This document shows, piece after piece, positions 1 to 11,837 of a DNA stretch of 64,000 nt. The notes beneath the pieces were generated by a model. That model searched no databases. It saw only the letters and a list, made by a program, of their open reading frames with translations, and was not told the DNA's origin. This DNA comes from Anthoceros angustus (lineage: Eukaryota; Plantae; Anthocerotophyta), in assembly GCA_010909165.1 (NCBI GenBank), contig MU008163.1, positions 620,001 through 684,000 on the forward strand, read 5' to 3'. Position 1 is the first letter of the stretch. Every line of letters starts with the position of its first letter. The position numbers and the translations under genes are program-made.

Positions 1-1479
1 AGGCCACCAAAACCAAAGTTGAAGACCGCAATTCTTGCTCAGAGAGGTGGAAGATCGAAGAGCAAAACCCGTAATCTGACCTTTGTTTAGAGGATGTTGC
101 CAAGGGAGGGCGTGGTGGCGCGATGGCGCAATTGCTCCGGCTTCACGGTGGCGGCGATAGTCCCGGCGATGCTGGCGAAAACGCCCGACCTTCACAAGCC
201 GTCACAGACGCGAATGGGCGACTCTTCAGAAGTGTTCCCTTCGACGGTGTCTCGATGCACACCTCGACTTACAAACACCGATTTGCTCCAGTAAAAGAGA
301 TAATCCTGCTTTCTTCCTAGGGCAATAATAACCCCATCGACATTAGGGTTGAAAGGATGCTCAAACATCATGTCCAGCGTATCCACATGAAGGTACCAGC
401 AAAACCTAACCTCGCTCGAAAACTCGTATGTATGGATGGGAGCAGGTAGAACTATTTTTCATTCGCAGCAAGTTCCACCAAACCAAAGTAGGAGTACCCA
501 CAAGTATCACCATCATGGTAATCAAAATCCCCATTGCGCCACAATCAGTCCATGTGGGATGCCGAGCATGAATGCAATGTAATTAAAGCTGCCGCCATTC
601 CTTGTCCCAGCTAGCGGCGCCGCATATCTAAGCCGGATACGCTATTAACGTCCATTTTTCCCGAATGATTGACCCAAGTTTGCCTTAACCTTGCACGGCG
701 GCCGCAAGGGTTTCAGGTTTGCCGGCCCGACACTTTAGTTCGTCTGCTCGTTTTCCAGCCAGCCTTCACAATCATGTTGAATGCTACTCATCCTTTGGAT
801 GGAGATGAGGTGTGGATTGTTTTGTTGTCAATTTGCCGATGTTTTGGGCTTCTGTAGATCTTTGACTCTATTCCATCCGTCGGGTGCATCGCCTCATGCA
901 TGTTTTGCGACGAAGCGCCGCAATTCAAGACAACGGCGCGGAGGATGTTGCCCAAAAGGAGGAGGATACTAAACGTGCCTCAAATACAGTCTCGGCATGT
1001 GGTGTGTGGACCTCTGCCTTCCCCAAAAGGGCAACGCATTCCCGAAGGTATAACCAGGAGAGAATCGAACTGGTCTGTTCCTACTTGCTTGAATTCCGTT
1101 CCTACATACCAATGCTTTGCTTGCATTTGCAGCTCGTTCCAGTGGTGGCCACAATGGGCGCCGCAGAAGTTCATCTTCACCATCTGTTCCGAGGGGTGTG
1201 CCTCGGACACCGAGAAACCTCAATTTGTATGCCGCCTTAGATAGGAGCCCGTCTGCTCGACTGCATGAGAATGCACAAAGTAGTGGAAACTGTTCCACCC
1301 GAGTAGGAGGGCCTCAAGCATTGAGGCGTGACTTATTTCCTACTATGGATGAGTGGGAAGGTATCCTCCGGAAAGGTGTCGGGCCGGCCGACGAGGAGGA
1401 TGACGTCTTTCAAACACCAGGAGGTGGACATGCCCGCAATCATACCATCCCAAGCCATTGAGCGAAAGCTTGATAGCAA

Positions 1480-4400
1480 CAAAGGCTCTTGTTTCAACTG
1501 GTCAAAAGACGCTACCGGTGCCGATGAGGAAATGCGGCGGAAGCTGCGTCTCTTGATTTCCGCAAGCCCTGTTGCAACCAAATGTGTGTTCAGATATTGA
1601 CTATAGAAAGGTTGCGGGAGCGAGATACCGGTTTCTACGAATGGGCGAGCGGGAGACATTTGGAATCTCTTGTTCACGCCGATCGTAGCGGGCAGACAAT
1701 GATAAAGTTGTGACTCATCTATGGGGTCGACGCGATGCGCCTCGAGCCTTCGCAGGTATATTGCATTGGCCATAGTAGGTATGAGGAGTGAAGAGAAGGG
1801 TTATTGCACATGCACCGTGGATGGCTTTAGAGCAAACCCTAAGCAGTCTACATATGCGCAGGTGCAATCGCGTGGATGGACAACATTCTGCTCATGGCGG
1901 AAAGGCTCCCCAATGTTGATGTGTTCAATCTTCCGGACACATTTACAAAGTTCAAATTTGGGCAAAATATAAGCGGCAATGTGAGGGTTCCGATCGGTTT
2001 GTCACCTATGCTTGGTTTTGAAACTTTGGAGGAGAACTTGGTGAAGATTCCAAAGTCCAACAGTTCTCCACGTGCTCGCTTTGCAGGATTAAAACGACAA
2101 TTAGAAACACGATCGCTAAAGTCGACCAAGGTATTCTCCAATCCTTTCGTGAGTACATTATGTGTCCTTCTATGTCCTTTGTTCTGGCTGCACACTCTCC
2201 ATGTCTCAGGTGGTTAGTACATCGTGTTCTCTGTAATTTGAGTGTGGCATGTTGAAAGGGACGTGCTCATTGAAGTAGGCTACCATGTCGTTCGACCAAT
2301 GAGTGGGCGGCCGGTGGCGCCCACTCCTCTTAGCACCTCGGGTTTACGCAGCTTGTGCATTCTATGGAAGAGGCGTCCCGGTAGGGAAGAGGAGGAAGTG
2401 TCTTGGCCAACCTAGGAAGCTTTGGTGGGAAGGTAAAGGTGTCTCGGGAAGGTTAGGGTAGTAAGAAGGAACGTTTTCCATGCTCCTCATGGCATTGCAC
2501 TCCATAGTAAGAGGTATGGCCGATGGAACATCACGGCTGTCGAGGCCTCCACGAGGGCGCCGCCGCCTCCTCTCCCACCAAGATGCAAATTCTACAATGG
2601 TAGGCGGTTTGCGGTGTTAGTGGATAGCCCGGATGAGGATGAGGATGACGCGGCCCTTTCACCAAAGTCCACTTTTGATTCCTTTGCCGTATCCGTTTAT
2701 ACGGTTTTGGTGGGCGCATCGCCTAAGGGTTGAACGCAGATTCTCATGTTGCGGATACGACGGGTTCCAAACCAGCAGTACTGGGTGTTCCATGATCTGC
2801 AATGATCCTATGTCTGCAATGCCTGTGAATGTCTAACGCGTGTAACACCAATTGTTTGCAGAGAAATATCAGCCTTAGATGCCCATCGAGATCGGCTCCA
2901 CACTGAGCGAGCGAAGATGACAAAGCATCGCAGCAAGAGCTACGTGGAGCCCCACAAATATATGTTATTGGCCATCGATGGAATGGACCAGAAGAAGACA
3001 GAGCTTCCGCATTTCTTGCGGTGGCCGAAGAATTTGGATGAAGAATGTCGTATTTCAGTGCACGTTGTGGGGTGCATGATTCACAATTACACTCACAAAG
3101 CTAGGGCATATTTGCATTATGCCAACCTCCGCAATGACGCTAATTTGACTATAAACATCATTCAAGATGTTATCCACAATTATGATGGGTGCTGCCTAAA
3201 GTGTTGTACTTACAACCTGGACAACACTTGGGAGAACAAGAACCAACTACTCTTTGCGTATCTCAACATGTTGGTAGACATGGGAACATTTGAGAAAGTG
3301 AAGGTGGGCTTCGCTAGTTGGGCACACCCATGATCAAATTGATCGATGTTTTCATGCTTCTCTAAAAGCTTGAAACACAAGGAAGCGCACACCGCCCGCA
3401 TTGGCAACTATTATCGAGGAGCGTACACTCCAAGGCGGAGGTGAAGAAGATCAAGTTCCCGACTTAAGTATGTATGGCCAATAAGACGGGGATGGGCGAC
3501 GTATTCGGCATGTGAGTAAATTGAATAACTGCTCCAAAGATCAATTCAAGATAACACGCGAGGAGAAACCGAGCGGCCGGTGATGTAATCGAGTAAGCGA
3601 CTCAACATGTTGTGGGAAGCGAAGGAGGCTTGGAGTTTTGAAGTTTGTGCCAGGAGGTCATAATCTGCTCCTTTGTTAGCCTTATGGCTAGAGATAAAAA
3701 GGCCGCTTGTCTCACGCAGAGAGGCGCTTACTTGAAGCGAGGGTTATCGAGCTCCCACGCTACGCGGAAGAGTACACATGGTGGGAGGAGTTGGGTTGAC
3801 CAGGAAGAAATTGTCAGTAATTGTGGACAACCATATCGGGTTGGTTGCAACGCACCATGGAAGTGGTTTTCGAGTGGAGGCCGACGGAGTGCCCTTGTCA
3901 TGCCCGATGCGGCTTTTGGAAGGCTACTGCGCGAACTTCCACAACGCGATATGTATTTGGGGCATATAGAAATTTGGGCAAGCAACAAGAAGATATGACA
4001 CGCTTTGAATGGCGATATTGCGGAGATCAATAAAGGAATGTTCATAGCCCCGTGTTCTGAGACACACACAATGACCATTTTGGATTGGAAAGGTCATAGA
4101 TGTGAAGTTGGAGTCGCCCAAACCTCACTTCCTCGTTCATTGGTATATGACCGAGCATACGGATGCATATGAGGGAAGATATGTTGAGGAATATATAATT
4201 CCGGAAGCGGTACGAACATGGCTTCAAGGTAGGGAAGAAAGGAAGCAAATCCTTGTATACCAAAAATATTCAACAGGTCTTTGTGAACGAAACGGTAATC
4301 CTTTATTATGGATTCGTCTTTGAATGCTCGAAAACATTTATATGTTGTTGACAAGAAAAGCGATAAAGGATAAGTTGAATGAATTGCGTGGGTTTATTCA
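1480..4400 (+). mobile_element. Degenerate DDE/D-type transposase pseudogene (DUF7869-like family; superfamily uncertain)
   Basis: Joining frames gives, in order: AERLP..NLP..FTK and VKIPK (1876-2130); HRDRLHTERAKMTKHRSKS..EPHKY..IDGMDQKKT.LPHF (2862-3020); HVVGCMIH; LPKVLYLQ/LDN..ENKN (frameshifted near 3190-3245); VGF/LVGHTHDQIDRCFS (frameshifted near 3305-3355); DQFKITR (~3540); and PFWIGKVIDV..VHWY (~4075-4145). Multiple stops and frameshifts. A possible intron runs 2131-2860 (AAG|GTATTC ... TTTGCAG|). Boundaries are approximate. Confidence 0.62.
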
Positions 4401-5755
4401 CCAAGATCCGAAAGTACCCACGAGGATAGTGATGACCATGGTGCGACGAGGGTCCGACGACGGCGGAGTGACCTCCGGAGATGAGTAAACGTGCTTCCAT
4501 GGAGAAGGAATTGGGAGAGGAGGCAATGGTTCCGCATCTTGAGATAAATATAGGGTTCTAGCTTCACCCGGTCTAAATTCCAGTACTCCTTGTCCGAGCC
4601 TTTGTTAGGGTAAGCCTAGCGTGAATCATGTTTGGCTTTTGGTCCATTACCACCTCAATGCAATACAATACCGTGTATCCGTATATGTGGTTTGCACACA
4701 CCAATAAATTAAGTATGTGTTTGGGCGGTTATCGTGCCCCAAGATTATAGTGGCGTGTTGTCCATAGCTGGACAAATTTGTCGAGGATGATAGATAGGAG
4801 CGTTGTTGCGCCATCCCAACCATCTTCGATCCGTAGGTGGTGTTTGTTCTGCAATTTGTGGTATCTGGAGAACCGAATACTGAGTGACCTCCATAGACAA
4901 GAGAGGGGCGCCGGCCGACCGGCGCCCCTGTCTCCACTAGCAAGGCCGCCAAGCATACGGTCAGTTTTGACCCAGTCTGGCATGACCTCTACCCTTTGCC
5001 AAACCCTTGACATCAACACGAATTTGCAGAAGGCTATGGTGTTTGCATGCCAACCGTACTTTCTTGCGTGACGGACCCAAATCCGGGTTCACTGGCATCC
5101 TTTCCCCGGCATTAACGGTCAGCACGGTGGGTCTTAATTTGCCTTCATCATATGGGTAAAGGATTTGAGCACCCTTCCACGTGTACCCATATTGTAAAGG
5201 GGACAACGTGTATGGGACACCTGCTTTTTGTGGTTCTTTCACCAAAACATGCTATTCGTCGTTTTGAGACCCATGTGTAACCCCCTTTGGCGCATATTTT
5301 CAAGAAAACCCCCATCATGTATATTCCCCCTCTTGAAGGTTTATGGTGTTTACGGAGGTTCTTTGTTTGGGTCTCCATGCCGGGATTGCCACCACAACTG
5401 TACATTATGGCTACCTCTATGGCTCAGCAAATTGGGCAAGTGATTGTGTCGCTTGACACAAATGCTGCTTATCATGTCAATCCACCATCCAAGTGGGGAG
5501 TCAAGGTGCAATTAGGGAAGGAGCTCCCAAAAGCTATCAAGGTGGTGAATCCAGAGGATCCAAAGAAAAGCTTATCTCATATTTATTATCAAGGAAAATT
5601 GCCTACATAATGAAGCTTTTAAGATTGGTGCTTTGGAAGATAAACTAATAGGTTAAACAAGGCATGACCAGACAACAAAAGAGAGAGAATAAGAGAGCGA
5701 ATAATATTTATTTTATTTATTAAAATTAAAAATAAGCATTACAATGTTCATTGAC

Positions 5756-8700
5756 TTAAACAGTTGATTTACGTTTTAAAAGAAGACCAAAGTCATAATT
5801 TCCCGATGGTTTAAGAAGACATGTCCTTGTCATTCTTGTCAATATCGTATTGACATCAAGTTTTGCTCCTACAGCTTTTGCTGCGGTTATTTCACTACTA
5901 CATCCAAAATTTGTCGCAATAACTAACAAACTGTCAATCTCACTCTGAGTTTTGCGACTATCATACCTGTGTACATTTATTTAGAAAATAAAGTGAGGGA
6001 GGCTTCAATATTTAATCTTTATCTGGATATTTTTATTTTTATGTTAGGAAAAAATTGAAAATGAGGTCAATAAACCTTACCCCATTATACTTGCCGAAAT
6101 ATCATCTAGAGCAACTCGACCATCTGTGCCTTTCCCTTTGGTGAAGTTTTTCACAGCTTTTTGCAATCCATCGACATAATCCTGTTGTAGAAAAATACCT
6201 CCACTCATGATTAAGATGAGATCAAAGGTAATAGTAACAACTAAGCAACTGGTATAAACAAAATTCTCACCTTTATCTCATCAAGATGTTGATGACCTAC
6301 AGTATCGGCAAAAATATCAGGAGGGTGGAAAGTTTGCTCAGGACCCTCTTCTGATCGATAATAGATGTTTTTCTAAGATCAAACAAACAACATTGATCAA
6401 TACATTTTCAGCACTCACTAGTTAACTATTAAAACTAGAAATCATGAGCTTGAAAGTAAGTTTCTATAGCAGTTTACTGTGTCTTTAGATGATTCCTTAA
6501 GTGCACTCTGTAGAATCAAAATTTGCTTTGGTGGTTTTCGTGGAAAGATTTTCTCAAGCAAAGCAGATGCTTCAGAAATCTTTAACATTCTTCTCCCATC
6601 CTTCATCACTTTTCCTATAGGCCTTTGAACAGTGAGATATATCTCTATTTTCATATGCAAGTGATTTTGATAGTATGTGAGTCCATATGTATTAGAAAAG
6701 TAGCTCACCATTTAATGTATCAAAAACTTTAAACATTACTTTGAACATTCGAACTCTATCCCAGTAAGTCTCTTCACTTAGTTGACCAAGTAATATCTGT
6801 AAAACAATAATATTTAATATTTAACTATATATCATATTAACTAATATTTATGGATTAGCTAAATTTATGGATAAATATTCTAAAGATTGCTTATTATTGT
6901 TCTAGAAAACATACCAATTGAAACAACTCTACATCTGAAGGCCAAGGCCCAGAAGTCTTCTTCAATGTAAATTGCATGTTATACATAAATTCAACTACAT
7001 CTATATGTTGTCCCATCTTCTTTAACAAATGTCCATATACAAAATCAAATAATGGAACAATAGTTGCCTGAAACCATGAATATAAAACTTTAGTAATTGT
7101 TCCTTTCTTCATATGTCTTACATTCATATTGATTGTTCTTCTTCCTACCTTTGTTTCTATTTGATCATGCCTTGCAGCCCAAGCATCCCATATGATTTTC
7201 TGTTGATTTGAAATAAATTTTTTATCTTAGTTTAAGAGCAGGTGATAAATATATGTAGATGAAACAAAAGATGAGCTTTCAACATATTATTGAAATATTA
7301 CTTGGATTGCCTCCATTGTTAAATTCGTTATACGGATGAAATCATATGTGCATCGTAAGAATCGTGGAAGGTCCTCCCCCACTCCCATGGCCTTAACAAC
7401 ACATGAATAAAATTCCATAACATTCCCATAAGCATATCTACATGACTTGCAATGGTCAAATGTGATATATGTGATTTACCCTTATATTTCGATTTGCTGC
7501 CTCAGCTAGTGATGAAACAATGTCATTAGACAATACGAGAGGATCAGGTGGCAAAAGTCCTTCTATTTCTTTGAACTTCTCGGTAACCTGAATGAGTTGT
7601 TGCATGAAAAAAATGTTAACTTGAGTAGCATTTTAGCTCATTTTAAATAGCACAATCTACAAAAGATACCTCAGCAAGTGCTACTTTAGCAGCTGCAGTG
7701 TCAAGTCTGAGAGTAGTTAAACTTTCAGTAAGTTGTTCATTTGCTTTGCAAAGTTCTCTGGCTTGGTCTATAGTAGGAGCTCGATAGGCTGATGCTTTTC
7801 CTCTTAAATTCATCCAATTAGGTCTAGGTGTCATGCCACCACTTTTCAAATCCTTGGGAATGGAAAGAGCAAGTTTCCCTGTAAGCTCCACAATCTTGGC
7901 TTGAGCTTGGTCCAATTCACTTTTGGGTACTCTGTTACATTTATGCATACAACATTGGTGGAAATAACCTTTGGTTCTTTTCTATTGAAAATCAAGTCAT
8001 GTTATAACACAATACCTATCTGAACACTCTTGTCTTGTAGTTTCCAAAGTCATTTGACAAGCTTGAAGTTCATGTACAAGTTGTGTGTGTAATATTTTTA
8101 ATCTCTCAAACTTTTCTTTCTCAGCCAACTGAAAAAGGGAAGAAGATCAATTATGTTTCTCTTCAGTCATTGTTCAGCTCATGAGACCAAATACTTATAT
8201 TGTTATGGTATTGAGAAGGGTGGGCGGTTGCGATAAAAATACTTGTTCAGCTGCTAACATGCGTGCTTTAGTCTCTTCAGCTCTAGATTTTGCCAACTCT
8301 TTCTTAAGCCTTTTCACCTTAAAAAAATGTTGAAGAACGTTAAAAGCTTTCAAATTCTGCAACCTTGATAAAATAATTATTCAAGAAAATCATCAACAAA
8401 AAAAAACTTCTAAAAGTACTCACTTGTGTTGTTGCTGTCTCTAGAGATTTTAATGTTGTTTGAAGTCGTTCTTCTAGGGCTTTTGTATGATTTTGTGATG
8501 CAAAAGCTTGTTCTTTGAGCTCCTGTAGATTTGAATAAAAATTCTTCAGAGGTGACCATCATTTAACCTTTATGATTCTTTGATTATGCATTTTAGCTTA
8601 CAAAACCTCCATATGTTCTTCAATCCTATATATATCCTGTTGTCGTGCATGTATTGTTTCCTTCCATCGTTCTTGTTCATGTTCCATTTCCAGGTTTTTT

Positions 8701-10160
8701 TTTTCTAGTTTTCCCACGACTTCAAAATAAGGAATCTAAAATAAACAATTTTTTTTTCACTTTGTAGAGAAATGGATTTATACTTTCTCAGCTCTTTTGC
8801 TTGTTGCCTATAGAGATTATAATTTAGTAGAGACTAGTTTGGCTAAATAATTTAATACAAAGAAAGTAAGATGACCTGCTCAAAAGCAAGAGACCCATCA
8901 TGTGGAAGAACATATGTTGAGTATATTGCACTTAATAGTTCATTTCGAATATGTCCTAAAACTCGAGAAAATGGCATACTCATTTCACATATTTCTCCCA
9001 ATAGCTGAAATTTAAGAAATACGATGCTCGTATTTAGTTCGAGCTATCTATTTCTGCAACATGTGTGGATAATTTCATATCAGATTTTGTGTACATCTTC
9101 AAGAGAGAAAAAGTGTGATCATTGTGAATGTGAAATGTGGCTTGGAGGATACCTCACAGCAAATATTCGTGCGATAGATATCAGGTCCATTAGGAGCACT
9201 CAACTTTTTTCCTGAACGAGTGTGACTCTTGTGTTTATATTTATCTTTGTTTAACATCTCAGCTAATTTTACCTGTATTGATCAACAACAATTTAGCACT
9301 TATATCACTATGATTTATATAAAACTTGTGATCTTACAATATAAAAATTTTTAAACGAATTATGATAAAGATTCTTCTTCTTACTTCACAATAGATAGCA
9401 AATGATCTAAAATCTGAAGGTTTGTTGGTTGCTCTCGGATGAATTTTCCGTTTGGGATGCCCTTGAATATGATGTTGTTGTGCATCATTGCGAGTCATAT
9501 AGTGTCGAACAATTCTCTCGGGTACATCAACAATTAGATTTTCATCTGAACTCATGTAAAGAAAGATCAAAGATTACATGAATATCAAAATGATAAATTA
9601 CTCAAATTTTCTTGTAGAGAGTATACTGTATACCTATTATTAAATGAGATATACTTTACCATTTTCAGAATGAAGTGCATTAACCACTGCAGCATTAAAG
9701 TTTTTCTGTTGGAGTTGGTCGCATCTATAAGATGATATTGGACTACGTAGGTCGACATTTGCATCATATTCTTCTTCTGGAATGACATCTAAGTAATTAC
9801 AAACCAAGGTTTGATAATAGACTTCCATGTTTGTAGCAAAAATATACTATATATACCTGTGCTACTTGTATTCCTCGAATTAATATTTCCGTTCTTAGGT
9901 TTGATTTCATGCAGCAAAGAGTGTTTTCGTGGTGGACTCTCATATTCCTTTGGGCGCAAATCGGGCACCAATGTTCCATCATTAAATTTAGCAAGATCCT
10001 TTGCAACTTTGCTATAAGCTGAAGCATGCGCACTTTTATTGGGATACTTCTTAGAAGGTTGGTGAGGAATAAAAGAACCAGGTATTCCATCAGATGACGT
10101 CACAGAAAGAATAGGAGATACTGAATGTGGAGAAGGAGAAGATGATTGATTTCCTCTCAT
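5756..10160 (-). CDS. TSNAXIP1: Multi-exon coiled-coil protein resembling translin-associated factor X-interacting protein 1 (cilia/flagella-associated family)
   Basis: A manual exon walk with GT-AG boundaries runs from ATG 10160 (MRGNQSSS) to TAA 5756-5758. Exon peptides include LLGEICEMSMPFSRVLGHIRNELLSAIYS, FEQ|IPYFEV, coiled-coil exons, MTPRPNW, KAMGVGEDLPRFLR, KIIWDAW, LFDFVYGHLLKKMG..VVEFMYNMQFTLKK, DVELFQL|ILLGQLSEETY, LLEKIFPRK and HQHLDEIK|DYV. These match my recollection of TSNAXIP1-family motifs (TPRPDW; GLGYGEAIPAFLR; DFFFNFLEHRFG). The N-terminal exons are less certain. Confidence 0.68.
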
Positions 10161-11837
10161 TTTTACGTCTATATAAATATTTTTATACAACTTGTAGGTC
10201 AGCCCAAACAACTCATGGAGACTGCAAACAAAGTAAAGACTGACTACAATTAGGCTCTAGCATTATTTCCTTGATAAGCTGAAAAAGCTGAAACTCGTAG
10301 ATTTTTTAAGTTTTTTCAAGCAAGAGTTTAATCGACTATGCTTTCCAACCATATTAACCACTTTCAGGTCAGCGACCACTGACTCTTTATCAAACTAATT
10401 TTTGTGTAAGTATCGGTTGAAACTATGTATCGTGAGTAGCAAGCAGGTCACTTTCAGACTCCCGGTTTATATTTGCTGGTGAGTTACAGGTCACTTTCTA
10501 ACTCCCGATTCGACTGAATTTGCTGTTTCCCGTCCTAGGACTCTGTTGCCACGAGACCTTCTCTTTCACTGAATCTGCGGTTGCAAAGAGACTCTCCACT
10601 CGGTCTGGGTCTCGGTTTGCAACTGCAGTAAGACGCTTGCTGAAGGTAGAGAGTTGAAGCTTGGAATCAATCCTTTGACTATCTTTTTTTCCCAGAATTA
10701 TAGGCCTGAATCTAAACACAGCTTAGAGGCTAGATGAAGCTAGTGTTGAGGAAGAACGGTTAGACGGACTGATTCTAAGGTGACGTAGATGATGGGGCGA
10801 TGCGCTGTATGTGATGGTCATCCGGTGCAAGTCTTGGACTGCCCCGGGCCCCGGGCCCCGGGCGTAACGGAGCATCTTGGCGAAACTGGGGAAGACGCGG
10901 TCCCAAAACCGTGAACCCAGACCAAGGAGCAAGGGGTAGAGCGCGGCTTTCCGTTGCCCTTCCGCAAGCTGGGGAGGAAGTAGATCGAACGCCAAGCGGG
11001 CCCCGTCAACCCTGCAGGCGCTGCAGGAGGAAGGAAGGTGGCAGGCCTTGCTTTTGGCAATTGAGCCTGCAGCACGCACTGGAGGTTCCAATTCGTGGGC
11101 CTAGGTTGCTGGGATGAAGTCCACATCGCTTGCCGAGGGTGGTGCGTGGGATGAGAGGGAGCCTGTAGGGAGAGGTTGAGGAGCTGGGCTGGGCTGGGCT
11201 GGGAGGTGGTGGCAACGTGCTGGTGGGTTGGGAGGAGAGCGGGATTTAGGGTGGTGGGTCTTGCGCTGGTGGTGTACTAGTAGAGAGGGCGTTTGTGGGT
11301 TGGATGGATCTGGTGACATGGCTGCTGGAGGCGACGGGAGAGGTAGAATGCAAATGTGAGCTGGAGATCTGAGTGGCGGAGGGCGGGTGGCCTGGTGTTC
11401 GCCGTTTTGTAGGCTCTCTGGTAGCTGCCTCATTCTGGAGTGCTGGGAGTGTCTCCGCTGCCGGGAGTTATGCAGTTGTGGGAGTCTGTGCGGTCTGATA
11501 CGGAATGAGATAGTACTGCAAATCGGACTGGAGGCGGGGTTTGGTGAGGATGTGGCTGTTTATTCTGGTGGATTAGAAGATGCCCTAGTGGTGATGCTGC
11601 TGATGGATGGCTGTGAGGTGAAGGGTGAAGGGTTTTTTTATCAACGTGGTGTGCTGGATGGGTGGTGTGCAGGCTCTGGAGATCTGGAAAATGTGACGGA
11701 TGGGTGAGCTGTTGGAGGCTCAGCTGTGAATCGGAGGTGAGTAATTGGATGACGAAAGTTGATGTCTTTTGTATTAGTGGTGAGAAATTCTATGTTGATA
11801 TGCTAATCGATTTCTTTCTAGGTTGGTGAGGTGAGCA

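Noticed and set aside
5230-5480. JmjC-like reading (LHAGI..ANWA) in an alternative frame
   Set aside because: The frame has several stops and the similarity rests on a few residues.
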